Source: Deltaproteobacteria bacterium (GTDB taxonomy: Bacteria; Myxococcota; Kuafuiibacteriia; Kuafuiibacteriales; Kuafuiibacteriaceae). Taken from it: a stretch of 64,000 nucleotides of DNA. The stretch is taken from the NCBI GenBank assembly GCA_040218735.1, contig JAVJQW010000043.1:96001-160000 (forward strand). The letters are read 5' to 3'. How positions within the stretch are numbered: position 1 is the first letter of the stretch; every line of letters starts with the position of its first letter. This document shows, piece by piece, positions 9,776 through 18,930 of this stretch. Made by a program: the position numbers and the translations under genes. A model generated the notes under the pieces. It was not told the origin of the DNA and did not search any database. It saw only the letters and a program-made list of their open reading frames with translations.

Positions 9776-11832
9776 TGAGATTCGGGATCGTGTTTGCGTT
9801 CCTCTTGCTGGCCGAGGTGGCGATCGCGCAGCCGGCGGCGCCGATCGACGAGAGCCAATTCGAACAGCTGAACCTGGATCGCCTCCTCCAGATGGAGGTC
9901 TCCGTCGCGTCGCTCCGTTCGACGACGCTCCGGGAGTCACCGGGCATCGTGACGGTGATCAGCCGCGACGAGATCATCAGCTCGGGCGCGCGCGACCTCG
10001 TCGACGTGTTGATGATGGTGCCGGGGCTGTTCTTCGCGGTCGACGTGCAGGGCGTCGTGGGGATCGGCATCCGCGGCCAGTGGGCGCACGAGGGCAAGCT
10101 GCTGCTGATCGTCGACGACCAAGAGATGAACGAGCTGGGTTACCAGACGCTCGCCTTCGGGCATCACTATCCGGTCGAGGCGATCGAACGGATCGAGATC
10201 ATCCGTGGCCCGGGCTCCGCCATCTACGGCGGGAACGCGGAGCTCGGCGTCATCAAGGTCACCACGCGGCGCGGCGACACGCTGCGCGGGGCGCGCGCGG
10301 CGGCGCGGTACGCGACGCCCCGACGCTTCTACGCGAGCGACGGTGACAAGCTCGGGCTCGCGGACGTCACGGTCGAGGTCGGCGACGGTGACGACGACTT
10401 CGAGTGGTCCGTCTCGGGCCTCCTCGGTCGGAGCACGCGGAGCGACGCGCTGTACACGGCGATCGACGGCACCGAGCTGCAGCTCGGCGGCATCTCTCAG
10501 ATTCGCCCCGGTTTCCTCAGCGCCGGCGTTCGTTTCAAGCGAACGAGCGCGAGGCTCATCATCGATCGGTACGGACTCGACAGCCGGGACGCGTTCGACG
10601 CGCCGTCGGAGCTTACGCACCCGTATCGTCACGCCGGGCTCTACGCGGAGGTGAAGTCGGCGTTGGAGCTCGCGCCCGGGTTCACGCTGACACCGCGCCT
10701 TACGTACAAGCAGCAGCAACCGTGGTTCACGCCCGCCACGAACGACGAAGGGCTCGCGGACCAGCTCGACTACTTCCTGTTCCTCCGCCAGACGTACCAC
10801 CGCTACCTGGCGGGCGCGACGGTGAGCTGGGACGCGTTCGACACGGCGAACCTCGTGTTCGGCGTGGAGGCGTTCTACGACTACGCGGTCGCGAACGCCG
10901 TCGACGATCCGGACGCCTTCCAGGAGAACCTCTTCGTCGACGACGACGGCAACGACGTCAGCCGCCTCGACTTCTTCACGACGGCGTTCTTCGGACAGCT
11001 CCTGTGGCCGACGCCCTACGTGAACATCACGGCGGGTGCGCGCATGGAGATCCACGACAAGTTCGGGTTCGCCGCGGTCCCGCGGCTGGCACTGACGCGT
11101 GTGTTCGACTTCGGCCTGCACGCGAAGCTGCTCGCGGCGCAGGCGTTCCGGACGCCTTCGTTCCAGAACACGAGCCTCGAGACCGCGATCGATCCCGACA
11201 ACGTGATCGGGCGCGAGCGGACGTCGGTGCTCGAAGCGGAGGTCGGGTACCAGTTCCCGTTCGGGATGCGCGTCACCGCGAATGGCTTCTACACGCGCAT
11301 CGACGATCCGCTGATCTACGTCTACGACGAAGACCTCGACGAGGAGTCGTACTTCAACCGTGGGACGAGCGCGACGATCGGTGCGGAGCTCGAGGTTCGC
11401 CAGCGGCTCGACAACCTCAACGCGATGCTCACGTACTCGCACTACAGCAGCGCGGGGACGCCGATCGAGGACTACGACGTCGAGCCCGGGAACGCGCTAC
11501 TCGGAGCGCCGCGGCACAAGATCACCGCGCGCGTGGCGTACGAGCCGATCCGCGACCTGTTCATCACGCCGTCGCTGTGGTGGCTCATCGATCGGTACGC
11601 GGTGGTGAACGAGGACGAGGACGATCCGGTGAAGCTGTCGAGTGAGCTGGTCATCGGGCTGGCGGTGACGGCGCGGAACCTCGGCGTGGAGGGCTTGGAC
11701 CTGACGCTCGCGGGACACGACCTGCTCGACACGGTGGCCCAGTACCCGCAGCCCTACCGGGGTTATCACTCGCCGCTGCCGGGGCAGGGGCGCCAGTTCA
11801 TGCTGCGCCTCGCGTACGAGTACGGTCGCTGA
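9772..11832 (+). CDS. TonB-dependent receptor
   Basis: Signal peptide; plug domain (LLQMEVSVAS...ESPGIVTVISRDEIISSGAR...IERIEIIRGPGSAIYGGNAELGVI); C-terminal barrel strand GRQFMLRLAYEY. Confidence 0.93.
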   Translation: MMRFGIVFAFLLLAEVAIAQPAAPIDESQFEQLNLDRLLQMEVSVASLRSTTLRESPGIVTVISRDEIISSGARDLVDVLMMVPGLFFAVDVQGVVGIGIRGQWAHEGKLLLIVDDQEMNELGYQTLAFGHHYPVEAIERIEIIRGPGSAIYGGNAELGVIKVTTRRGDTLRGARAAARYATPRRFYASDGDKLGLADVTVEVGDGDDDFEWSVSGLLGRSTRSDALYTAIDGTELQLGGISQIRPGFLSAGVRFKRTSARLIIDRYGLDSRDAFDAPSELTHPYRHAGLYAEVKSALELAPGFTLTPRLTYKQQQPWFTPATNDEGLADQLDYFLFLRQTYHRYLAGATVSWDAFDTANLVFGVEAFYDYAVANAVDDPDAFQENLFVDDDGNDVSRLDFFTTAFFGQLLWPTPYVNITAGARMEIHDKFGFAAVPRLALTRVFDFGLHAKLLAAQAFRTPSFQNTSLETAIDPDNVIGRERTSVLEAEVGYQFPFGMRVTANGFYTRIDDPLIYVYDEDLDEESYFNRGTSATIGAELEVRQRLDNLNAMLTYSHYSSAGTPIEDYDVEPGNALLGAPRHKITARVAYEPIRDLFITPSLWWLIDRYAVVNEDEDDPVKLSSELVIGLAVTARNLGVEGLDLTLAGHDLLDTVAQYPQPYRGYHSPLPGQGRQFMLRLAYEYGR

Positions 11833-11835
11833 GCT

Positions 11836-12234
11836 TCAGTCGGCGCTCGCGATCATCACGTCGGGGCGCTCGGGGACCATCATCACGGACAGCGTGATCT
11901 TGTCGTCGCCGGTGCGGTACTTCAGCGCGACGGGGTTGCCGAGGCACTCGGCGATGTCGGCGCGCGCGGTGCAAGTCCAGCGGACGACTTCGTTCGAGCC
12001 GGAGACGGAGCGGGCGACGAGGATCGCGTCGGCGCCTTCGGGGAGCGCGGCGGAGGGCGCGCTGAAGACGGCGCTGGCCTTCTTGCCGGTGCGGACGCGC
12101 TCGATGACGTGGGCCTCGTGGTAGCGGTCGGCGGCGACGGCGGTGGTCTTGGCGTCGTCGGCGAGGGCGACGTTGGCGGAGAGGACAGCGGCGGTGAGGG
12201 TGGCGAGGGCGGTCAGCGTCTGGTTCGTGTTCAT
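11836..12234 (-). CDS. Small secreted protein, copy 1 (132 aa, two Cys)
   Basis: Signal peptide ending ALA-DD; 121/132 aa identical to 13036..13434. Confidence 0.85.
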   Translation of the reverse strand: MNTNQTLTALATLTAAVLSANVALADDAKTTAVAADRYHEAHVIERVRTGKKASAVFSAPSAALPEGADAILVARSVSGSNEVVRWTCTARADIAECLGNPVALKYRTGDDKITLSVMMVPERPDVMIASAD

Positions 12235-12246
12235 GCCCTCTTGCAA

Positions 12247-12263
12247 AGCAACGGGCGGGCCAA
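12247..12263 (-). promoter_or_regulatory. Sigma54 (-24/-12) promoter, copy 1
   Basis: Minus strand TTGGCCCGCCCGTTGCT = GG-N10-GC; identical in both duplicates. Confidence 0.75.
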
Positions 12264-12300
12264 CTTCTGCGGACGTGGTTTCGGGGGGTTAGGGGCCGCG

Positions 12301-12323
12301 TGTCACCGCGGAGGGCTGTGACA
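12301..12323. promoter_or_regulatory. Palindromic putative enhancer (UAS) TGTCAC-N11-GTGACA, copy 1
   Basis: Perfect 6-bp inverted arms conserved in copy 2, while the spacer differs at 2 positions. Confidence 0.6.
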
Positions 12324-12361
12324 GGCTTCCGCGCGGCACCGCGACCGCTGAGACACACACG

Positions 12362-12841
12362 TCAGGAGGCGGCGCGGGGGGCGAGGGGGTGGTCGAGGCC
12401 GGCCTTTTCGCGGAGGTCGTGGCACTCGTTGCAGCGGCAGTAGCGCATGACGTCGTCGGGGTGGATGCCCATCTCGCCCTTCCGCGCGAGGGTGATCGCG
12501 CGCTTGTACTCCTTGCAGCGGCGCGGCTCGGGCGGCTTGAGCGCGTCGATCTCCTGGGCGAGGCGCTTCATGGCGTTCTTCACCGAGCGCTCCGGCGCGG
12601 GCTCGAAGGCGCCGAGCACGGCGTCGATCTGCTCGAGCGCCTTCTCCGCCTTCTTGAGCAGCACGCGGATCTGCTTCGCTTCGTCCTCGCTGCGCTTGGG
12701 TTTGTCGCGCTCGAACCGCGTCGGCTCGGCGGGCGCTTCGGCCGCGGGCGCCGCGGATCCCTCGGGATCCTTCGCGGCCGCTTCGACCTTCGGCGCGGCG
12801 GGCGCCTTCTTCGACTTGGACTTCTTCTTGGACGTAGCCAT
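12362..12841 (-). CDS. Hypothetical protein with Lys-rich N-terminus, coiled coil and Cys/His cluster
   Basis: MATSKKKSKSKK...; C-terminal RRCKEY...IHPDDVMRYCRCNECH; host-like codon usage. Confidence 0.75.
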   Translation of the reverse strand: MATSKKKSKSKKAPAAPKVEAAAKDPEGSAAPAAEAPAEPTRFERDKPKRSEDEAKQIRVLLKKAEKALEQIDAVLGAFEPAPERSVKNAMKRLAQEIDALKPPEPRRCKEYKRAITLARKGEMGIHPDDVMRYCRCNECHDLREKAGLDHPLAPRAAS

Positions 12842-13035
12842 GGCGTCGCGCACGTTCGAACACGGGCGCGACGCCCGCGTAAAGGAGTACCTTCGTGGGA
12901 GGCGAGCCGTACGTGCCGACCTGGTCGACCACCTGCTCAGCGTTCTCGGTCTCCCGTGCCTCGCGCGTAGCGGCGGTGCGCGCCTCGGCGGAGCTGCGGT
13001 CGCGACCGCGTCACGGATGCGCTCTAGAGCGACCG

Positions 13036-13434
13036 TCACTCCGCGCTCGCGAGCATCACGTCGGGGCGCTCGGGCACCATCACCACGGACAGCGTGATCT
13101 TGTCGTCGCCGCTTCGGTACTTCAGCGCGACGGGCGTGCCCAGGCACTCGGCGATGTCGGCGCGCGCGGTGCAAGTCCAGCGGACGACTTCGTTGGAGCC
13201 GGAGACGGAGCGGGCGACGAGGAGGGCGTCGGCGCCCTCGGGGAGCGCGGCGGACGGGGCGCTGAAGACGGCGCTCTCCTTGGTGCCGGTGCGGACGCGC
13301 TCGATGACGTGGGCCTCGTGGTAGCGCTCGGCGCGGACGGCGGTGGTCTTGGCGTCGTCGGCGAGGGCGACGTTGGCGGAGAGGACAGCGGCGGTCAGGG
13401 TGGCGAGGGCGGTCAGCGTCTTGTTCGTGTTCAT
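13036..13434 (-). CDS. Small secreted protein, copy 2
   Basis: Paralog of 11836..12234. Confidence 0.85.
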   Translation of the reverse strand: MNTNKTLTALATLTAAVLSANVALADDAKTTAVRAERYHEAHVIERVRTGTKESAVFSAPSAALPEGADALLVARSVSGSNEVVRWTCTARADIAECLGTPVALKYRSGDDKITLSVVMVPERPDVMLASAE

Positions 13435-13446
13435 GCCTCCCTACAA

Positions 13447-13463
13447 AGCAACGGGCGGGCCAA
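13447..13463 (-). promoter_or_regulatory. Sigma54 (-24/-12) promoter, copy 2
   Basis: TTGGCCCGCCCGTTGCT on the minus strand. Confidence 0.75.
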
Positions 13464-13499
13464 CTTCGGCCGACGTGGTTTCGGGGGTTTAGGCGCGCG

Positions 13500-13522
13500 T
13501 GTCACTGCGGACGGCTGTGACA
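13500..13522. promoter_or_regulatory. Palindromic putative UAS, copy 2
   Basis: TGTCACTGCGGACGGCTGTGACA. Confidence 0.6.
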
Positions 13523-13590
13523 CGCGGTCTCGCGAGGAGCACAGGGGCACCCAGACACCCCCGTCGGGATCGTGCCATAACCTTGATGTC

Positions 13591-14697
13591 TTGAAACGGC
13601 TGCTCGTCGCGATCGTCGCAACCGCTCCCATGGCGTTCGTCGCCGACGCGTCGGCGCACTTCAGCCGCTTCCTGGTCGCCGGGAACGTCGTCGTCGCCCG
13701 AGTGGTCGACGTGCCCGCCGAGCCGGGCACGCAACAACATCCACCGCAGGTCACGATCGAGATCGAGGAGGTCCTGCGCGGTGACTTGGAGCTCGGTCGC
13801 GTTGTCGTCACGTGGGGCCCGAACCGGCGCGGCTCGATGTGTGGCAGCGGCCCTCGCGGGGAGCGCGATCGCTTCGGTTCGTGCGCGCTTCAGCTACCTC
13901 GGGTGGGCTGGAGGATGATCCTCGGCGTGAATCATCGCGAAGGTCAGCTCCAGGTCGCTCCTGAGCCGCGCTTCGGGTTCAGCGACAAGGCCCGCGCCCT
14001 CTTCGTCGAAGAGATCGAGCGGCAGGCGGGCATCGAGCGTCAGCAGGCCAAGCGACTGGCCGAAGGACGCGCGAGCTGGGCCGAACAGGCGGAGCGTATC
14101 GACATCGAGCCGCTGCTTCGGGACAACGACGTCGACGTCGTCGTCCTCGGTCGATTCACACCACACGCGAGTAGCCCACGGTCGGCGAGGTTCGAGGTGG
14201 TTCGGCCTCTGCTCGGGGCGTACGACGGCGACGACGCCGATGGCCTGAGTTTCCGCGACGGGTACTTCGATGGCACGCCGGGGCGTGAGTACATACTCCT
14301 CCTGCGGGCGGACCGGACGTCCTTTGGAGGCCGCTACCAAACGCAGTACGTCCCCGCGGTTCCCTTCACCCACTTCGCCCTGCCGGCCACGTCTGCGAAC
14401 CTCGCGGCGGTCTCGATCTCGGCGGCCCCGCCGCGCGAGGACCTGTGTGCGACTCGCGACGCTTTCTCGCGCCACAGTGTCGGCTCCAGCGTTCGCCGTT
14501 CGGCGAGCGGTGACACCCGGCAGTATTCGCCGTGGGAGCTCGACGGAGCTCAGATCGTGGACATCGTGCCGATCGATACGTCCGCGAGCACGATGTACCA
14601 AGTGCGCTACACAAACGGCGCGGTCCGCATGATTGCGAGTCGGCCGCCGAGTGAGATCCTCGAGCGCCTTCGGTCCAAGAGGACTGGACGTCGGTAG
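13591..14697 (+). CDS. Hypothetical secreted protein
   Basis: Likely TTG start giving MKRLLVAIVATAPMAFVADASA signal peptide; two similar beta-rich segments (VVARVV..IEIEEVLRG and VVLGRF..FEVVRPLLG). Confidence 0.6.
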   Translation: MKRLLVAIVATAPMAFVADASAHFSRFLVAGNVVVARVVDVPAEPGTQQHPPQVTIEIEEVLRGDLELGRVVVTWGPNRRGSMCGSGPRGERDRFGSCALQLPRVGWRMILGVNHREGQLQVAPEPRFGFSDKARALFVEEIERQAGIERQQAKRLAEGRASWAEQAERIDIEPLLRDNDVDVVVLGRFTPHASSPRSARFEVVRPLLGAYDGDDADGLSFRDGYFDGTPGREYILLLRADRTSFGGRYQTQYVPAVPFTHFALPATSANLAAVSISAAPPREDLCATRDAFSRHSVGSSVRRSASGDTRQYSPWELDGAQIVDIVPIDTSASTMYQVRYTNGAVRMIASRPPSEILERLRSKRTGRR

Positions 14698-14724
14698 TAA
14701 GAAGCGCGACGGCCTGCGGCGCGC

Positions 14725-16824
14725 TCACTTCTTCTTCAGCTTCTTGCTCATCTCGTACTGCGCGCCCGGCTCCGGCTCGAACGAGATCGTCTTTCGGTAG
14801 CCGCGCTTGAAGATGCGCACCGTGTTCTTCTTCTCGTCGAGCTTCAGCCCGCGCACCGGTACGCGGCGCTTCAGAAGGCGCCCGTTCACGCGCACGCGGG
14901 CGCCGCGCGGGTAGGTGACGTCGAGCGTCGCGGGCAAGGGGGCCGGCGGGGGCTCCTCGACGACCGGGGGCTCCTCTTCGACCGGCGGCGGCGCCTCGAC
15001 CTCCTCCGCGGGTGGCGGCGCGAGCTCCACCGGTGCGGCCTCGACCGGCTTCGGCGGATTCGCTTCGGTGGATTCCACTCGAGCGATCGCCTCGGGCGCA
15101 TCCTCCGGCTCCTCCGGTATCAGCGCCTGTGCCCCCAGCGTCAGCAACACGCCGAGCGCCAGGCCACCCACGAACACCAGCGCCGTCTTCCCTCCGCGCG
15201 AGCGCAGGTCCGGGAGCGGCTCGTCCGGCACCGACAGCGCCGACAGATCCAACGACGCCGCCGACGTCGACGGCGCCATCGGAGGCACCGACGGCGCACG
15301 GTCCGGCGCCTTCAACGCTTCGGCCGACTGTCGCGCCTGCAGCCACGCCAGCACCGACAACGCCTCGTCCACCGACTCGTTCGGCCCCTGGATCTCGGAC
15401 ATCGGCGCGTCGACCGGCTGCCCCTTCACGATCTGCGTGGGTCCCGCGCCCTGCGCCGACGCTGCGGCCAACGCGAGCGCCTCCGCGGAGGGCACCGACG
15501 GGTCGTCCGTCGGCTCGGGGATGGGCGGCGGCTGCACCTGACCGACCCCCTCCTTACGCGCGCGACGCATCACGTCCGACTCGTGACGCGGCCGCTCGCG
15601 GATCAGCTCCGTCCCCAGGAACCGCTGCTCCGACAGCTCGCTCTCGTACGGCTTCGCGGGCGGCGGCGCCTCCGGCGGGGCGGGCGACGCGGGCTGGTAC
15701 CCGTGCACCGTCGCCACCTCCGACTCGGTCTTCTCCGGCACACCACCCGGCGACGCGATCCCCGCCGGCGCCGCCTCGTAGCGCGCGAGCGGATCCTCCG
15801 CGTCGGCGAACAGCTGCGAGACGTACGCGCCGACCTGCGCTCGGTCTGCGCGCCCGCCCGGGAGCAGACGCATCGCGGCTTCGAGCTGCTCGTGGAACTC
15901 CGACGCGCTCTGGATTCGATCCGGCGGCTTCGACTCCAGCGCGCGATCCAGCGTCTGCACCAAGAGCGGCGCGCGGAAGTCGAGGACCTCCTCCAGGCTG
16001 TCGCGGTTACCGTTCACGATCGCATAGAGCGTCTTCGGCACCGACGCCCGATCGAACGTCGGCTTGCCGGTGAGCATCTCGCAGATCACCGACGCCGCGG
16101 AGAAGACGTCGGAGCGCGGCGTCGCGGCCTCGCCGAGGATCTGCTCGGGCGACAGGTACCGCGCCTTGCCCTTCACGATGCCGACCGTCGTCGACACCGC
16201 CGACATCTGCGACTTCGCGATCCCGAAGTCCGTGAGCTTCACGTCCCCGTCGAACGACACCAGCACGTTCCCGGGCGTCACGTCGCGGTGCACGAGGTTG
16301 AGCGGCGTCCCGTCCTCGAGCTGGAACGCGTGCGCGTACGCGAGCCCCTCCAGGACGTCCGCCATGATCTGCAGGACGACCGCCGCCGGCATCTGCGTCC
16401 CCAGCTCCTCGTTGCGCGCGAGGATCTGCTGCACGTTCCGGCCGCGGACGTATTCCATGGCGAGGCACGGCGCCCCGTCGATCACCGGCATGTCGAAGAC
16501 CCGCACGATGTTCGCGTGGTCCAGCTTCGACATCACCGCGGCTTCGGAGTGGAACATCGAGACGTACTTCTCGTCGTCGAGGAGGTCCGCGAGGAGCCGC
16601 TTGAGCACCACGTAGGCGGAGTCCTGCCCCGGCGCGGTCATCTCCGCGAGGAACAGCTCGCCCATCCCCCCGCGGTCGATCGGTGCCAGGAGGCGGTACC
16701 GCCGGCCCTCGTCGCCGCGCCCCAGGGCGCCCACGCTCAGGCTCTTGCGGGGCAGCAGGACCTGGTCGTCCATCAGGCTGCTGGGCGCCACGCCCAGGTC
16801 CCCGCTCGATGGTCCCGCCGACAT
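14725..16824 (-). CDS. Hanks-type Ser/Thr kinase with TM and C-terminal PEGA-like domain
   Basis: IDRGGMGELF, VVLKRL, HRDVTPGN, DFG, GKARYLSPEQ. Start is 16824 or 16773. Confidence 0.93.
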   Translation of the reverse strand: MSAGPSSGDLGVAPSSLMDDQVLLPRKSLSVGALGRGDEGRRYRLLAPIDRGGMGELFLAEMTAPGQDSAYVVLKRLLADLLDDEKYVSMFHSEAAVMSKLDHANIVRVFDMPVIDGAPCLAMEYVRGRNVQQILARNEELGTQMPAAVVLQIMADVLEGLAYAHAFQLEDGTPLNLVHRDVTPGNVLVSFDGDVKLTDFGIAKSQMSAVSTTVGIVKGKARYLSPEQILGEAATPRSDVFSAASVICEMLTGKPTFDRASVPKTLYAIVNGNRDSLEEVLDFRAPLLVQTLDRALESKPPDRIQSASEFHEQLEAAMRLLPGGRADRAQVGAYVSQLFADAEDPLARYEAAPAGIASPGGVPEKTESEVATVHGYQPASPAPPEAPPPAKPYESELSEQRFLGTELIRERPRHESDVMRRARKEGVGQVQPPPIPEPTDDPSVPSAEALALAAASAQGAGPTQIVKGQPVDAPMSEIQGPNESVDEALSVLAWLQARQSAEALKAPDRAPSVPPMAPSTSAASLDLSALSVPDEPLPDLRSRGGKTALVFVGGLALGVLLTLGAQALIPEEPEDAPEAIARVESTEANPPKPVEAAPVELAPPPAEEVEAPPPVEEEPPVVEEPPPAPLPATLDVTYPRGARVRVNGRLLKRRVPVRGLKLDEKKNTVRIFKRGYRKTISFEPEPGAQYEMSKKLKKK

Positions 16825-16906
16825 CTGCGCCAATCCTATAGGGAGTGGACCGGCTCGGCGACAATCGGTCTTGCGTCGGCGCGGCGCTGCGTGGCTTGCT
16901 CGATGT

Positions 16907-18142
16907 ATGGCCACCGAAGTGATGCCCGGGAACGACCTGATCTACGACTGGAACGAGATCGACCGTCGGGGCCCGGTCCTCAAGAAGAAGCCGGAGTTCG
17001 ACGACGAGACGCTCCGCGACGGCATCCAGTCCCCGTCCGTCACCGACCCGTCCATCGAGGACAAGCTGAAGATCCTCCACCTCCAGGCGAAGATCGGCGT
17101 CACCACCAGCGACATCGGCCTCCCGGGGGCCGGACCGCGCGCCTACAACGACGTGCTGCGCCTCGCGCAGGAGATCGCCAACCAAAAGCTCGACATCCAG
17201 GCCAACTGCGCCTGCCGCACCGTTCAGGCCGACATCGCCCCGGTCGTCGACGTCAGCCAGAAGGCCGGCATCCCGATCGAGGTCTACACCTTCATCGGCA
17301 GCTCCCCGATCCGCCAGTTCGCGGAGTCGTGGACCGTCGACCACATCCTCGAGACCAGCGAAGCGGCCATCAAGTTCGCGGTGGGCGAGGGCATGGACGT
17401 CGCGTACGTCACCGAGGACACCACGCGCAGCCACCCGAAGGACCTCGACCGCCTCTTCCGCCACGCGATCGACTGCGGCGTGAAGCGCCTCGTCCTCTGC
17501 GACACCGTCGGCCACTCCACGCCGGACGGCATCTTCAACCTCATCCGCTGGACGAAGGGCCTCATCGCCGGGATGAACGTCGACGTGAAGATCGACTGGC
17601 ACGGCCACAACGACCGCGGCCTGGGCGTGACGAACGCGATCATCGCGCTCGAAGCCGGCGCTGACCGCGTCCACGGCACGTGCCTCGGCATCGGCGAGCG
17701 CGTCGGCAACGCGGCGCTCGACCAGGTGCTCGTGAACCTCAAGCTCCTCGGCCACCTCGAAAACGACCTCACGTCGCTCCTCGAGTACTGCCAGACCGTG
17801 TCGCGCGCGTGTGACTGGCCCATCCCGCGCAACTACCCGCTCGCCGGGACCGACGCCTTCTGCACCGCGACCGGCGTGCACGCCGCCGCGATCGTGAAGG
17901 CCTTCGACCGCGACGACACCTGGCTCGCCGACCGCGTCTACTCCGGCGTCCCCGCCGGCCTGTTCGGCAAGGAGCAGGAGATCCAGATCGGGCCGATGAG
18001 CGGCATGTCGAACGTGCGCTACTGGCTGAAAAAGCGCGGCCACGAGTTCGACAAGGAGCTCGGCAAGAAGATCCTCGACAAGGCGAAGCAGTCGGCGCGG
18101 ACCCTCACGGACGACGAGATCCAGGCCGTCATCGACGCCTGA
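16907..18142 (+). CDS. LeuA-family (DRE-TIM) synthase: isopropylmalate/homocitrate/citramalate synthase-like, no regulatory domain
   Basis: DETLRDGIQ, LCDTVG, WHGHNDRGLG, GIGERVGN motifs. Confidence 0.9.
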   Translation: MATEVMPGNDLIYDWNEIDRRGPVLKKKPEFDDETLRDGIQSPSVTDPSIEDKLKILHLQAKIGVTTSDIGLPGAGPRAYNDVLRLAQEIANQKLDIQANCACRTVQADIAPVVDVSQKAGIPIEVYTFIGSSPIRQFAESWTVDHILETSEAAIKFAVGEGMDVAYVTEDTTRSHPKDLDRLFRHAIDCGVKRLVLCDTVGHSTPDGIFNLIRWTKGLIAGMNVDVKIDWHGHNDRGLGVTNAIIALEAGADRVHGTCLGIGERVGNAALDQVLVNLKLLGHLENDLTSLLEYCQTVSRACDWPIPRNYPLAGTDAFCTATGVHAAAIVKAFDRDDTWLADRVYSGVPAGLFGKEQEIQIGPMSGMSNVRYWLKKRGHEFDKELGKKILDKAKQSARTLTDDEIQAVIDA

Positions 18143-18906
18143 TGCGCGCGTTCCTCGCCGCCGCCGTGCTGCTCGCGCCGTCGTCGGCGTGGGCGTACGA
18201 GTGCACGGTCGTCGAGGACGATCCGGACATCCCGGTCACCTGGCCGCAGCGCGCGGTCGCCTACGCGGTCACCGAGTCGCTCGGGCTGTCGTTCAGCGAT
18301 GTTCAGGCGGCCTTCGGCGCGTGGGAGGACGTCCCCTGCTCCGACATCACGTTTTCGTTCGAGGGCGTCGTGGAACGCGACGCGGCGAGGCAGGTGCTCG
18401 TCGACTCCGTCACCGAGGGCTGGGACGACTCGGCCTCGGACGCGGTCGCGCTGACCACGCTGCAGTACGAGCTGAGCAACGGGCGGATCCGCACGGCCCG
18501 CATCGAGCTCAACTTCGACGACTTCATCCTCGGCGACACCACCAGCGAGCTCTGCGACGCGCAGGGCCGGCTGCACGACCACCGCTCCGTGCTCACCCAC
18601 GAGGTCGGCCACCTCCTGGGCCTCAGCCACACCCAGAGCTACTCGGGCGCTCCGACCGATCCCACGATGGCCCCGCGCGTCGACCCTTGCGACGCCTCGA
18701 AGCGGGATCTCGCGCCGGACGACGTCGAGGCGATCTGTGCGCTGTATCCGGTCGGCGCGCGTGGGGCTTGTCACGGCCGCGCCGTGCGCACGGGCGGGGA
18801 GGAGGGCGGCGGCTGCACCACGACGGGCGTTCGACCCGACTTCGCGGTCCTCGCGTTGTTGCTCCTCGGGCTGAAGACTTGCCGAAAGCCTCGGTCCGGG
18901 GGATAA
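18142..18906 (+). CDS. Matrixin-family (M10) zinc metalloprotease with MYXO-CTERM-like tail
   Basis: Signal peptide; HEVGHLLGLSH; Met-turn PTMAP; GGGC..G followed by a hydrophobic and basic tail. Confidence 0.88.
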   Translation: MRAFLAAAVLLAPSSAWAYECTVVEDDPDIPVTWPQRAVAYAVTESLGLSFSDVQAAFGAWEDVPCSDITFSFEGVVERDAARQVLVDSVTEGWDDSASDAVALTTLQYELSNGRIRTARIELNFDDFILGDTTSELCDAQGRLHDHRSVLTHEVGHLLGLSHTQSYSGAPTDPTMAPRVDPCDASKRDLAPDDVEAICALYPVGARGACHGRAVRTGGEEGGGCTTTGVRPDFAVLALLLLGLKTCRKPRSGG

Positions 18907-18930
18907 CCGCCCTCGGACAGGGGCCGGCTG

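Larger units (their letters stand above)
11836..12323. repeat. Direct repeat copy A (gene plus upstream region); partner 13036..13522
   Basis: Near-identical sequence; coding part and promoter are offset by exactly 1200 bp. Confidence 0.92.
13036..13522. repeat. Direct repeat copy B; partner 11836..12323
   Basis: See copy A. Confidence 0.92.

Noticed and set aside
12842-13035. Possible HTH-like remnant (KEYLRGRRAVRADLVDHLLSVLGL) on the plus strand
   Set aside because: Too short and weak to support without a search.
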